DNA of 64,000 nucleotides from Lama guanicoe (lineage: Eukaryota): contig MU054032.1 in the NCBI GenBank assembly GCA_013239625.1, forward strand, positions 496,001 through 560,000, in the 5' to 3' direction. This document shows positions 28,486 through 42,105 of this stretch, in pieces; position 1 is the first letter of the stretch, and every line of letters begins with the position of its first letter. A program made the position numbers and the translations under genes. The notes under the pieces were generated by a model, which was not told the origin of the DNA, did not search any database, and saw only the letters and a program-made list of their open reading frames with translations.

Positions 28486-29904
28486 AAATAGGAACACATA
28501 TAGGCACCTTTGCTTTAGGAGACAACTGGGCAAATGATAAAGAAGACAACATTTGGAACTGAATAGGTCCAGATCTGGGTTTTGCAATTTATTGTGTTTA
28601 AAGATTAGCAATGGAGAGCAAGAGTAACTGGAAAACGGTGAACTTCATACCGCAGGCAAGGTGCATTTGGACTATGCTAGAATTGGGAGGTAAAAGCACT
28701 AGGGGCTGGTGGCACCTCAGCTGCATGCCACGCCAAAGGAACGGAGAGGCAGGGAAGGAAAGTCCTCAAAGGATCTGGGCAGCAGAATTCTAAGCCCCTG
28801 TCCCCAGTGACCATTCTAGATGGATAACATAAGGGTCCTCAACGTTTCTATGCTGAGCTTTCAATACCGGCAATTTTGCACATTATATATTTGCACTCTC
28901 AATCTCCTTCTTAACATCAGCAGAGGAATTATTCCCATGATGCAGTTATATGATGATGCTTCCTAACAGCCAACAGTTCGGTTTCTGCAGTTGTCACCTT
29001 TTTGCTTTTGGAGCTATTCTGCAATTGTAGCATTTGTGTGGGAGATTTGTTTGTTTGTTTTGCAGTATTTTTCAGACTATGCTTCTGGGACCCCTGGAGG
29101 TGTTTCAGGGGCTCTTTGGGGTAGGAAGGGATGAGGAGAAGGATGTGAGCACTCCACAGACACAGAGATATGCTGCATCAGCAAAAGCAGCCCTTCAACC
29201 TCGTACATATTGAGCTTCTAAGAGACACTCACTTGAAGAAAGGGTTCTGCCACCTAAAAAAATGGAAAACCATAGTTTCATTGTATTATGTAATTTTATA
29301 GGTCTTATGAAACAGAAAAACAGAAGCCCTGATGTAGTGTGAAATTCAACTATAGTGAAAGAGCAGTGAGTCTTTAGTGTTAGTGGAAACTGAGCCAGTA
29401 AATTGTGTTTAGTGTAAAGGGGAAGTTCAACATTAATGGGAGTCTTTGAAATGCTAGGAATACGTCATCAAAGATTGGATCCAAAAGCAGAGACGTCTTA
29501 GGATTGAGATGTCAATGAGGTAACAATTATAGAGTGCCTAGCAGAGAGTAATAACTGCTAACGTTTATTGGGCACTTGCTTTGCGCCAGATGCTACAGTC
29601 AGTGTCTTGTACATATTACCTCATTTAATCCTCACAACACCATGAGGAATGTACTATTATGACTCACATTTTACAGATTAAGACACCCAGTTGCAAAATA
29701 TATATGTGTGTGTATGTGTGTGTATGTATGTGTATATATATATATTTATTTATATTTATAATTACATATTACAGAAAGTAAATCTTAGTTAGGATCGTCT
29801 TGACTCCAGAGTCCACATGAAACTTCAGTGATTCAGCCGATTTCCTGACCCACAGTGTGTGGCTAGCTTGACTCTGAGTGAGCTGTCAAAATTGAGTTTT
29901 TCTA

Positions 29905-32150
29905 AAAAATACTGCTGAAAGAAATTAAAGAAGACCTAAATAAGTGGAGAGATACACCCTGTTCACGGATGGAAAGATGCAGTATTGTTAAGATGTCAGA
30001 TTTTCTCCAAATTGATTGATATATTCATGTAATCCCAGTTACAAACTCAGCAGAGTTTTTTGTTTTTGTTTTTGGCAGAAAGTGATAGCGCAACAAAGTT
30101 GACAGCTTACCCTGCTTGACATCAACACTCACTAAAAAGCTACACTGATCAAGATAATGTGATATTAGCATAAAAACAGACAAATAGAAAAACGGAACAG
30201 AACAGAGTCCAGAAATAGTGCCACAAATATACAGTCAAGTGATTTTTGACAAAAGTGCACAGGCAATTCAATACAGAAAGGATGGTCTTTTCAACAAATG
30301 GTGCTGGAACAACTGGATATCAACACACAAAAAAATTCAATCTATACCTCATACTGGATACAAAAATTAGTTAAAATGCATCCCAGACCTAATGAAATCT
30401 ATATGTAAAAATCTAAAACTATAAAAGTTCCAGGAGAAAAACTTCATGACCTTGAGTAAGGAAAATATCTTAGAGTCAATACCAAATGTACCATCCACAA
30501 AAGACAATTAACTAGATTTCAACAAAATTAATGACCTCTGATTTCAGAGACAATAAGAGAATGAAAGGGTAAGTCACAAACTGGAAGAAAAAATATGCAA
30601 ATCTCATACCTGATAAATGATCTGCATTCAGAATAAAGGACTCAAAAAACTCAATAATAAAAAACTAGCAACTTGTGGTGATCATTTGTAATGTATAGAA
30701 ATACCGAATCACTATGTTGTACACAAGGAACTAACATAGTGTTGTAAGTCAATTATACTTCAAAAATGAACTCAGAAAAAGATCAGATTTGTGGTTACCA
30801 GAGGCAAGGATAGGGGGATTGGAGGAAGGCAGTCAAAAGGTACAAACTTCCAGTTATAAGATAAGTAAGTACTGGAGATACAATGTACAATGTGTACCCC
30901 ATATTTTCAACTGAGTGAACCAACAAATTACCTTTATTTAAAAAGAAAGTTGTTAAGAGTAAATTCTATGTTCTCATCACAAAGGAAAAATATGTTTTTT
31001 CTTTTTATGTTGTATCTCTAGAGATGATGCATGGTCACTAGACTTATCGCGGTAGTCATTTCATGATGTAAGTCAGTCAAATCATTATGCTGTACACCTT
31101 GAACTTACACAATGCTGTACGTCCATTTTACCTCAATAAAACTGGAAGGAAAAAAACCCAAGCAACCTAATTTTAAAAACAGGGCAAAAGATTCAAACAG
31201 ATATTTCACTAAAGAAGATATATATTTGGCAAAGAAGCACATGAAAAGATGCTCAACATCATTGGTTATTATGGAAAAACAAATTAAAACCACAGTGAGA
31301 CAGCACTAAATACCTATTAGAATGGCTTAAATTAAAAAGACAGCCAAATATTGGACAGGATGTGAAGAAACTGGAACTCTTATACACTGCTGGTAGGAAT
31401 GTAAAATAGTACAATCACTTTTTGAAAACAATTTGGCGGTTTCTTAAAAAGTTAAGTTTGCGCCTACAGTGTGACCAGCCAGTGATTCCATTCCTAGGTA
31501 TTTACTCAAGAAATGAAAGCGTATGTCCACACGGACTCTGTACATAAATGTTTATAATGGCTTTATTTATAATTGCCAAGAATTAGAAACACACGTAAAC
31601 GCTCATCAGCAGGTGAATGGATAAACAAACTGTGGTCCATCCATATGATGAAATTCTACTCAACAATAAAAAGGAACCAACTACTGATAGATGCAACGGT
31701 GATGAATCTCCAAGTATTTAAGCCAAAGTAAAAAGCCAAGACAAAGAAGTATGTACTATAGGATTTCATTTATGTAAAATTCTTAAAAATGTAAACAAAT
31801 AGATAATGACAAAAAGCAGATCAGTGGTTGCCTGGGTATGGAGCCAAGAGTGACGATAGTGAGATTACAGAGGAGCAAGAAGCAACTCTTAGGGTGACAT
31901 ATATGTTCATTATCTTGAGTATGGTGATGGTTTCACAGGTATATACAAATGTCAAAAATTTTGAGGGGAGGGCATAGCTCAGTGGTAAAGTGTGTGCTTA
32001 GCATGCACGGTTGAAAAATAAATAATAAATAAATAAATAAACCTAATTACTCCTCCCTGAAAAAAACAGCAACAAAAATTTTCAAATTGAACACTTCATA
32101 AATCTACAATTTATTGTATATCAATTACTTTCAATAAAATTATTTTAAAA
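29905..32150 (+). mobile_element. Older L1 3' portion with a nested L1 3'UTR (~30670-31155) and SINE (~31965-32070)
   Basis: L1 ORF2 motifs (gaaagaaattaaagaagacctaaataagtggagagat...; ttttcaacaaatggtgctggaacaactgg). Confidence 0.8.
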
Positions 32151-35100
32151 ATTGAGTTTTTAAGCATGCAAAGTTATTAACTATCAGGTTCTATGCAAAG
32201 TCCATTGCATATATGATTTCATTTAATTCTCAAAACAGTCCTGTGAATAGCTATTACCATTTTTAAACAAAGTTATGGAGGTTCAGAGAGAGTAGGTACC
32301 TTGCCCAAAGTCAAGACTACTGCATAGCATAAGAAGGGCTCAAACTCAGGTCTGACTCCAAAGCTGAGCACCTAACTGCTACACTGTACTGCCCCCTTTG
32401 GTCGTCTCCAGGCACTAAAATTGGTGAAGCCTGTCTTCCTGCCCCTGACATGCTCTTGAACCTAATCATCCAGGTGGCCTGGCTATGTAGCGCTTTATAC
32501 TGGAGAAAAGGGTATGTTCTCAGAACTTCTCTTTGATGGATGGGGAGATGGGAGGGAGGCCCTGTATTGCCCCTCCCCACCCCAATTTCTCTCCTCTCCT
32601 AGTGCTCCCCACTCCCATCCCAGTGCTTCTGGGCTACCGTCACCTTGCTGGCTTCCTAGGCACCCACCATGTCAGCAGTGCTGAGGGCAAGGCTGACCAG
32701 AGACAAGAGAGCTGAGAGAAAAGGTCAGGAAAGCAGCCCTGAGGAGGACCTGTGAGGTCCGGGTCCCTGCAGACAGGTGAGCTGGGACTCCGGGCCCACT
32801 GCATGTGCTGAGCTGTGAGGTGTCATGTCGGCCAGGACTCACTGCACTGCGGCCCTTATCCCTGTTTACATGCAGTGCAGTCACCACAAGAAGCCCAGGG
32901 CACCTTTCGTCTGTCTCCCAGACTCTAACGCCCATGGCGGTCCTTTCTGATCCTGTTTCTCCCCCAACTCCTGAAACCTCTGCATGACCTTCTAGAGCTC
33001 AGGGCTCATCATCAGTAAAATCCCCCAACTTAACATTCCCGTCACCATCTGCTGTAAAGGAAACCTGGCTCTCTCAAAAGGACCCTTGACCAGCAACGGA
33101 AAGAAACCCCTCCATATACTCTATTTTAAACATCCCACTCTCTGACTTCATTTTTTTTTTTTACCTCATGTATTTTACCAGCTCTACTGTCCTAAACCCA
33201 AACAGAACTTGAACCCATTGATCATATCCCCTTTTCACTGGATCTCACCCTCCCCATGGCTTATCTTTCCTCTGTGTCCATCTTAACTTCCGTGATGTCC
33301 TTATAATCACTCCCTGGTTCCTTTGGCCTTTCTCACTTCAGCATACTCATGTGGCTAGCCCACAGCTCTGGTTAAATCCAAGTCTCCATCCACTTTGGGT
33401 CTGTACCCAAAGAACTGAATAAGTGGGAAAAAATACTTAGTCATGCCAACTGATCTCACTTTAAATCCCTGCCCTTTAACCTCCAGTGCTGGTGGGCATT
33501 CACACTACATTGGATCATAGTCCTTGACACACTCACTTTTCACTCTCCCAGATGCCTATTCCATTCTTTTTTCTCTGTCTTCAAACCTTCAGCTCCTCCC
33601 TGAACTCTCATTCTCTGCAGATGACCTTGAATCCTACTTTCCTGAGAAACAGAAGTAGCAAAGAACCTACTTGCTTTTGGACTATATATTCCGTCTTCTC
33701 TCCTGTTACTGTAGATAAACCATCCATCTTCCTAGCCAAGGCCAACCTCTCCGCTTGTGCACTGGACTCCATCACTTCTTGTCTGTTCAAGGACATGGTT
33801 CACCTCGTCTCCTGCATCATCTACTTTTCTCTGTTTCTCTCAATTTTCCCAGCCTCAAGGAAATATTCTAGTATTTCTATCATTTGATAAAATTCCTCTC
33901 TTGACCCTACTGCTTCATCCAGCCACTGCCCTATTTGTCTTTCCTTTTTCAACAAAACTCTTTGAAAAAGTTGTCTCCAATGTTCTTTCCATTATTTTTT
34001 TTTACAATTAGTACCATATTTAATAAAAAATGTATGTTAGAGACATTGTGTCCTATTCTCTTTTGAAGCCACTCTGACCATGCTTTTGCCCCACCACTAC
34101 ACTGAAACTTCCCATTGAGGTCACTGGTAACTCCATGTTGCTAAGCCCAGTTTTCATTTTCTCAGTCCTTATCTTATTTGACCTATTAACAGCAGTTGGC
34201 ACAATTGATCACTTGCTCTTCCTTGCAACATTTTCTTCCCTTGCAGTGTGTGCTATGTAGTGTGCTACCATCTGTGCTGAGTATAATGTATTCGCTTATA
34301 GTATATATATTTATTCAGATACAAGTTCTAAGTGTTTGCCTCCTGGGTAGCTGGGAGATGATTAAGTTATTTTCACTATATATGCTTTTGCACTTTTTGA
34401 ATTTTTATCTTTTGCCTTATAACTAATTGGAGGGGGGACTCCAGCTACTTCCCCTATACCTTCTGAACTTGCCCTCTTGCTCAGGACTCTCAGTCCCTCA
34501 GCCACCCTCATTTTTCCCTATCAGTTCCTTTCTGGCCTCCCTTTTCTCCCAGTAGATCTTCAACAGTCGTGACTGAAAAAGTACCATGATTTGCATGTTT
34601 GTATTCTCAAACTAGAGCAAATCAGTCACGCATCTTCTTTCTCTAGTCCAGTTGCCTGGTATTTTTCCAAGCATGGCCTGCAGACCAATTACGTCAGAAT
34701 TGCTTGGGATGCTATTAAAGTGCAGATTCCCAGACCCAATCTCAAGCACTGAATCATGCTTTTTAGAAGTGTGGCTTTAGGACTGTGCATTGTATTCAAA
34801 TGGTAGAAGTGATTTTTATTCACACAAAGAAAATTATTTCATTAACCCCTAACTTTTCCATAGGCCAAGCATTCTTACTCATCTGCAAATGCTGACTACC
34901 TGCTGTACATCAGGCAATATAACTGACCATCTAGACACTCTCCCTGACCTTGTGAGACATTTCCCAGGGATATTTTCGGTTTTACATTGGATGGTACTGT
35001 TTTTGGTGATAAAAGTCATTTTGGTGACAAAAAATAGTGATACACTTTTTTTGTTTTGTTTTGTTTTTTGTGGGGGTTGGGGAGGGAATCACGTTCATTC

Positions 35101-38100
35101 ATTCATTTAAATGGCAGTACTGGGGATTGAGGCCAGGATGTGGTCTACCACTGAGCTATACCCTCCCTCTTGATGAACCTTTTTTAAATTTAAAAACTAT
35201 ATAGTTTAAAAATTGCCTTCTAAATAGAAGTTATTAGTTTCCCATTGGGAATATGGATATAACTTTTAAAAAAGAATAAATACATGTAAAAAGTGAGTCA
35301 ATTTAAAGAAAATGATAGTGTAGATATGGCAGAAATACCAGAAGAGGTACAAAAATGCCTGAAGCTTAGGAAATAGTCATCTTGGACCTCAGAGGTAGCT
35401 GTGGCACAAGAAAGAGTTAGAAAAAATAGCTGGGGGTGAGAGGAGAGGGAATTGGATGAAGGTGGGCAAAGGGTACAAAGTTCCAGTTACAAGATAAATA
35501 AGTACTAGGGATGTAATGTACAACATCATGAATAAAATTAACACTGCTGTATGTTATATATGAACGTTAAGAGAGTAAATCCTAAGAGTTCCCATCACAA
35601 GGAAAAAATATTTTTTCCATTTCTTTAATTTTGTATCTTCACGTGATGTTTGCTAAAGTTACTGTGAGTCATTTCACGACATAAGTCAAATCGTTATGCT
35701 GTATACCTTAAACTTAAACAGTGCTTTGTTAATTATATCTCAACAAAACTGGAAGAAGAAAAAGAATAGTTAGTATTTTTCATGAACTAACTAGATCTAA
35801 GTCACATATCACGTCACTGCTCTACTCAAAACTCTCCAATGGATTACCAGCACACTTTTACTTTTTAACAGCTTTATTGAGCTACAATTTGACATACTAC
35901 ACACTTCACCCACTTAAAAGTGTACAAGTCAATGGTTTTTAGTACGTTCACACAGCTGTACAACTATTACCGCAATTTTAGAATATTTTCATTACCTCTA
36001 AAAGAAACCCATACCATTTAACAGCGAGTCCCCTTTCCCGTCTTTCCTATCCCTAATCTATTTTGTCTCTATAGATTTGCCTATTCTGGACACTTCATAT
36101 AAATGGAATCATACAATATGTGGTCTTTTGTGACTGGCTTCTTTCACTTAGCATGTTTTCAAGGTTCATGAATGTTGTCGCATGTAGCTAAACTCCACTC
36201 CTCTTTATGGCTGAATATCCACTGTATGGATATACCACATTTTATTTATCCATCACCAGCCGATGGATTTTTGGGCTGCTTCTATTTTTGGTTACTATGG
36301 ATAATGCTGCTATGAACATTCATGTACAAGTTTTTCTGTGGATGTATGTGTTTTCAATTCTCTTGGGTATATACCTAGGAGTGGAATGGCTGGGTCATAT
36401 GGTAACTCTGTTAAACTTTTTGAAAAACTGCCAGGTTGTTTTACAAAGTGGCTAAACCACTTTACATTCCCACCAGCAGGGTGTAGATTCCAACTTCCCA
36501 TCCTCACCAGCACTGGTTATCTGTCTTATTATAGCCATCCTAGTGGGTGTGAAGTGGTATTTCATTGTTTACTATCAGACTGTGAGTGAGTCTTTGCCAG
36601 GGACTACAAGGCCCCATGTGATCTGGACCTGTCTTCTGTAACTTTGTGTACCACAGGTACATAATCCCTTGTCTGCAACTGAAAAACCAAAACAGCTATG
36701 AAAATCAAGATTTTTAAAAACTCACATGGCAGCAAAACCTGGCAGGAAACTCTTGTTAGGTAATTTATAGTCTTTTTTCTACTTAACATGACTATCCTTA
36801 TATTTTGCTGTAGAAATAGTTTGATCCTGAGTGCTATTCCAGATCACTCTGGGAATGTTATATATTAATAGTATATGCTCTGTACTACTGTCCTAAAACC
36901 AAAAAGCAATCCCAATACAAGTAAGTTTTCAAGGATTTCAAATAAAGGACTGTAGACCTGAATCACTTTCCCCCAGCTCACTTGAATTTAGCCACTGTCT
37001 TGCCCTTTGTGACATGCCAGGCATACTCTTGCCTCAGGGCATTTGCACTGGCTATTCCCTCTGCTGTAAACCTCTTTCCCCATTTATCCAAATGCCTTGC
37101 TCCTTCACTTTAATTTTCTAATCAAAGGTTATCTGTCACTCTTATAAGGCCACCTTATGTAAAACTTACTTAAAACTGCAGCCCTCCCTCATGCCAGACC
37201 ACCCTCTCACACTGCTCCCCCACTAAAATGTAAAGCCGTATCAGACCAGGGTCTTGGTCACTGCCTGTCTTTAGCACTTAGAAATGTCTGACACATAATA
37301 GGTACTCAGTATTTTTTAAATAAATGATTGCTTTGTATCACTTAATCTCGTAAAAATACTGTAAGAGTGACTGTCCTAAGATTAGAAAATTGAAGACAGA
37401 GGGGTTAGGTAACTCACCCAAGGTTATACAGCTCAAAGTAACAGAGGTGAGATTTACATCCAGGAGTTAGCTTTCTTAGGTTTTCTTAACTGAGTGCCAA
37501 GCACACAGGCAATTGATATTTATTTAACAAATAAATGAATGTAGATTCCAGCCCATTCTTTCATCTACTGCTCAGTCTCTTCTGACAAGCTTGTTAGCGT
37601 GAATCCCTCTATACCTAATATTGAAAGAATAGGCTAAATGTGTAAACTAGAAAAGCACATTAACCTAAATTGTGTGATAGGCAGTGAATACTTTTTTCCT
37701 CATACATGCCTAGTCATGAAGAGGAAGACAAAGAAAAATGAAAACCCAGGATTTGAGGTTGAAGGAGAGGGTGGTCCAGGACCTCAATGAATCCTGTCTA
37801 CCACAAGGAATTGACTTGAAATCCAATTAACTTCACAGGTAGACACTGGAAAATGACTGGAAGAGGCCAGAGGCTTCAATCTGGCTTCACATTGAGTTTA
37901 AAGAACACATCACAAATGTTATGGAGGTGCCGAGACTGCAATTAACTCTCCTAACAGTTCATTAAAACAAGCTGGGGGATTGGGGTGGGAGGCAGGGGCT
38001 CAAAGGTCTATACCAACAGTTTTTTGTGACCAACTACTAAAACTTCAGTCCTCGACAGGTTAAGCAGAGCACACTGATTTTGCTGTCTAAACACCTGGAG

Positions 38101-39107
38101 ACCCTCAAGCTGACCTGTGGGCCACATCTGACAACACGTGGCTTTCATTTCTGGGATAGGTGAATGCCTATATGGCAGCTAACTTTCCCATAGGTGGAAA
38201 CTAGATATCCTAGTTGCCCATTAGACATGATTTATTTGCAACTGGTGGTGGATTGGGAAGTGGGATGGGGCTATTTGAGCATGCAGCACAGGGAGAGCCC
38301 TTTTGTGAAAGTTATTTCTGGCACTCCAAAATCAGTTTGGAATTAGAGTAGATAAAATTAATCCAATTCTCAGCAGTGTTAGGTTCTTCAATGTAAGGTT
38401 CCTGGAGAAGGGATCATACATTGCATTTAAATTGCATTAGATCTATTTTTAAGCTCATGGGAGAGCCAGCTAAGACCTACCCTGAGAAAAGGATAGGTTA
38501 CGACTAAGTATCGAGAAATCTCACAGCAGTCACATGGCTCTTTATACTTGCATCTGGTCTTACTGAGCAAGGTGGGATTTGGGACCACCAGGGTTAGCAT
38601 TCATTTTCACCTTGAATCTGGTTTTCCTATTCAGTGTTTTATCCCTGGTGTAAAGGGGTCATTACAACTTAAGAGTAAAGGAGCAGATACTGTGGATCTC
38701 CCCAGTGGATGGAGACGCTCTTGCCGACATTGTGTTGGCAAATTCAGGATTTGTCACAGCTGTTCCACCACATGCACTGGTAATGCTGACCATGAGCAAG
38801 TCAGCATGAACAGTTTCCATCTGGGTTTTTTTCAGTTAAGGGTCTAACAGGACCACCTCTACACTCTGAAGTACTCTACCCTTTCTCTTTTAAAAAATTA
38901 GCTGTTACTAGATTTTAATTACTTTCCTATCTTGTTTTTTTCTGTCTTTTGAATACACTTCTAAAAATGTGCTTCCCAGCACCATGTGTATTTTAATTAA
39001 ATCCTCCCAAGTTATTAGTTCAGCTTAAGTTAGAGGAAAAAAATAACTTAACCAGCGAAGCCAGCCCATATTAATCCACTCCCAAATTAATTTTTCAAAT
39101 AAACATA

Positions 39108-39298
39108 CAGTTGACCCTTGGCACAATGCATGGGTTAGACACCACCCAGTCAAAAATATATAACTTCAGATTTGATTCTCCTTATCTGGGCTTTCACATC
39201 TTAGGCGTCAACCAACTGTGGATCATATAGTGTGTGCATCTGAGTGGGGGCAGGGGAGACCCCTCACAGTTGAACCCATGTTGTCCAAAGGTCAGTTG
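39108..39298. mobile_element. Tigger-family MITE (MER8/Tigger2a-like)
   Basis: Imperfect terminal inverted repeats CAGTTGACCCTTG... / ...CAAAGGTCAGTTG, preceded by TA. Confidence 0.65.
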
Positions 39299-39566
39299 AA
39301 TACCCTCAGCTGAAACTTTCTAATTTCTGAAATCTGGGACAAGTGAACCATCGTCACACAGATAAAATAGGTAGTCTTTCCCCATATTTTATGTGGCAAC
39401 TTCCCTCTTGTGGGACTCTCACAAGTTTCTAGGAATGCCTCTGGTGTCCTGGACATTTTCACTCCAAGAGAAACGCACTACAGAAAGATGCAGGTTGGGT
39501 GACAACTGGCTTACCAGCAGACCAATTCCAAGGTAGGCAGGTAAATTTTATGCAGTCAAGATTCCG

Positions 39567-39622
39567 TGACACAACATTGTAAAATGATTACAAATCAATA
39601 AAAAATGTTAAAAAAAAAGAAA
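39567..39622 (+). mobile_element. ~55-nt extreme 3' terminus of a young L1 with TSD
   Basis: tgacacaacattgtaaaatgattacaaatcaataaaaaatg matches the reverse complement of 11661-11703; TSD aagattc(c/t)g. Confidence 0.8.
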
Positions 39623-40068
39623 AAGATTCTGGATACAGATCCCCTTAAGCTAAACCAAGTCACAAACTTGTATTAAAGCCCTCATGGCCTCCATCAGGGG
39701 TACACACACTTCAGTCTAAGTCACTTCCTGATGAGCTCCTCACTCAAAAACACTCCTTACCTTGATAGTTCCCCACCTACTTTTAAGACACCAACTTAAG
39801 CCACTTTCCAGGCAGAATTAACCTAACATTAGCAAGTGCTTTAATCCGCTTCCCTCCAACATAGCTATGCAGATCAGTGAGGCCAAAGACAGAAATACAA
39901 AAGAAAACCAAGATAAGATTTAACTTACATGGATAAGCCTTCTCTGGCATGAAAAAAGACTATGTGGCAGTCCACACTTGGTAAAAGTTATTACAGTTCC
40001 CATGGCATACATAACCCTCTCTACCTAGCAACATACACTCAACATGCTATATAAAGTATAATTTCCAT

Positions 40069-40074
40069 TTTATT
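40069..40074 (-). terminator. RPS26: RPS26 polyadenylation signal AATAAA
   Basis: AATAAA ~55 nt after the stop codon. Confidence 0.85.
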
Positions 40075-40129
40075 GAGGCTTTTCTTTTCCAAAGAACAGT
40101 ATTTCTTCAGTCATTAAGGACTTAGTTCC

Positions 40130-40165
40130 TTACATGGGCTTCGGCGGAGGTCGTGGGGCAGCACC
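40130..40165 (-). CDS. RPS26: RPS26 exon 4 CDS (GAAPRPPPKPM*)
   Basis: ttcag|GGT acceptor, TAA at 40132-40130; exons total 348 nt = 115 aa. Confidence 0.97.
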   Translation of the reverse strand, partial: GAAPRPPPKPM

Positions 40166-40355
40166 CTGAAAGACAAAGGAATGAAAGAGTAAATTAAAAA
40201 CCATCGATGGAAGAGCTCCCTTCTCTAAGAACATGACCACTACTCCCCCCTCACTAACAATGTATCTGGGCCATAAACACATGGAAAATCAACAGCTGTG
40301 GAAGAAAACCACAGTACTCAATCTGAAACAGATTCTAACAACTCTTCTTAAGTGT

Positions 40356-40427
40356 CTCTAAGCAAATGTTTTAGGTATGGGTCTCATTTGCCTCTAAGCA
40401 AATGTTTTAGGTATGGGTCTCATTTGC
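40356..40427. repeat. Perfect 36-bp tandem duplication in RPS26 intron 3
   Basis: ctctaagcaaatgttttaggtatgggtctcatttgc x2. Confidence 0.95.
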
Positions 40428-40541
40428 CTTACCAGACAATCTTATCCATAGGCAGAGATCTTGATATTCCTCCAGTCCTCACACATCTTTTGTCCACCAC
40501 CCCTCTGGCTCCTATACACATCTCCTCTTTAAGATACTCAC

Positions 40542-40672
40542 TGCAGGTCTAAATCTGGGCGGAGGTGTTCGGTCCTTCCGGGCTTCGCGAGAACGGTTCC
40601 TGACTACCTTGCTGTGAATGGCACAACTCACGCAGTAATGTAGTTTCACATACAGCTTAGGAAGCACATAGG
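40542..40672 (-). CDS. RPS26: RPS26 exon 3 ([44 protein letters not shown])
   Basis: 131 nt, canonical splice sites. Confidence 0.98.
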
Positions 40673-40762
40673 CTAAGAAACAGGAAATTACAGGTATAAT
40701 ATTAGGAATTAGACACCCACCTTGCACGTTCCTTCTTGTTCATTCAGTCTAAAGCAAACCCA

Positions 40763-40847
40763 TTCATGGGGTTGCATACGTAGCAGAGCAGCTCCCTTGC
40801 TGTCAGCTATTGAAAATCAGCCCTCGACACAAGAGTTGAAAAAAAAA
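40763..40847 (+). pseudogene. Retroposed 28S rRNA 3'-terminal fragment (LSU-rRNA/SINE28-like) in RPS26 intron 2
   Basis: tacgtagcagagcagctcccttgctg...tattgaaaatcagccctcgacacaagagttg matches the 28S 3' end; poly-A; 12-bp TSD aaagcaaaccca. Confidence 0.88.
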
Positions 40848-41653
40848 AAAGCAAACCCACTTAAACGTCTGTTAGGCACGTCTAACACTCCTTAATAGTT
40901 CCGCCCCACTTTTAAGACATCAACTTAAGCCATTTGCCAGAAAGAATTAACCTAACATTAGCCAAGTGCCTTAACCCACTTCCCTTCAATTGTTTGGTTT
41001 CTGATGCCTAAACACATACAGAATTTCACAAATGAATATCCCCTTACCAACCCATCCTGTCACCATGGGGACCGAATCCACCCCTTAGATGTAATACCAC
41101 CACGAATCTAGTTCCTTCGGCAACTGCATCAGCCCTAATGCCTACTCCTGGACCCCTTCTTGTTGTCCAAGAAATGTTAATTTGTCTCAAGAAAAAGAAA
41201 GGAGCAAAACGACGTCACATTGTTCCAAAGATCACCCTAGTCGACCAAACTAGACAGCTTTCATTCTTAAGTCTTCAAGAGACTTAACCTACACTTTTCT
41301 ACGAGTACTCAAGTCTTCAACAACCCAAGATTACGTTTAACGACGGTTACAGCTAGTACTCCCCAAGTTTCGACAGAGTATCTTTTGTAAGTGCTTTTGG
41401 GATCTCACCCCCTACACAAGTAGTCACAAAATTGCTTAAAGACTGCGCACTACGACGAAGAGTCTTCCTCTGTCCAGGCAAAGCTCAAAACGCAAAACAG
41501 AGAATTCTAAGATTTCACTCTCTTCTGCGAACCACCACCTCAAAGGTGCAAGGAAATTGCCAGGCACGCGCCAATGAACCGGGCCTGCGGATGCGGGGTG
41601 CGAGCGGATATTTTAGGTATTAGGATACTTGCACAGTTCGCGCCGAGCGCTCA

Positions 41654-41938
<285 letters not shown>

Positions 41939-42085
41939 TCAGATCTCCAATCCCTCCAAGTCCAAAAGAAACATACGCTCTGGCCTATTCCTCCACCGTG
42001 GTCCAGTCTTCTAAAACCCAATCCCAGAGTCTGCACACCTCGCCCGCCACCCAATCCCGCACGTTCCCCACGCGCCACAACTCAC

Positions 42086-42088
42086 CAT
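42086..42088 (-). CDS. RPS26: RPS26 exon 1 coding part (ATG only)
   Basis: AAGATG|GTGAG; start codon immediately followed by donor, typical of ribosomal protein genes. Confidence 0.95.
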
Positions 42089-42105
42089 CTTCGAAGCGAG
42101 GACGC

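Larger units (their letters stand above)
9000..39700. repeat. Repeat-dense ERBB3-RPS26 intergenic region (nested L1, L2, MIR, LTR, SINE and DNA-transposon fragments)
   Basis: Many L1 3'-UTR/ORF2 remnants (e.g. KKEIMAFAANWMDLEIII, KKHMKRCSTSL), L2/MIR-like tails, AT-rich; no coherent exon chain found. Confidence 0.85.

Noticed and set aside
37700..38850. Non-repetitive stretch downstream of RPS26 with possible splice-like signals (hidden or decayed gene?)
   Set aside because: Frames I translated close quickly and resemble no protein I know; would need TBLASTX/conservation data
40356..40427. 36-bp direct repeats resembling a CRISPR repeat length
   Set aside because: Two adjacent copies with no spacer, in a mammalian intron; a simple tandem duplication
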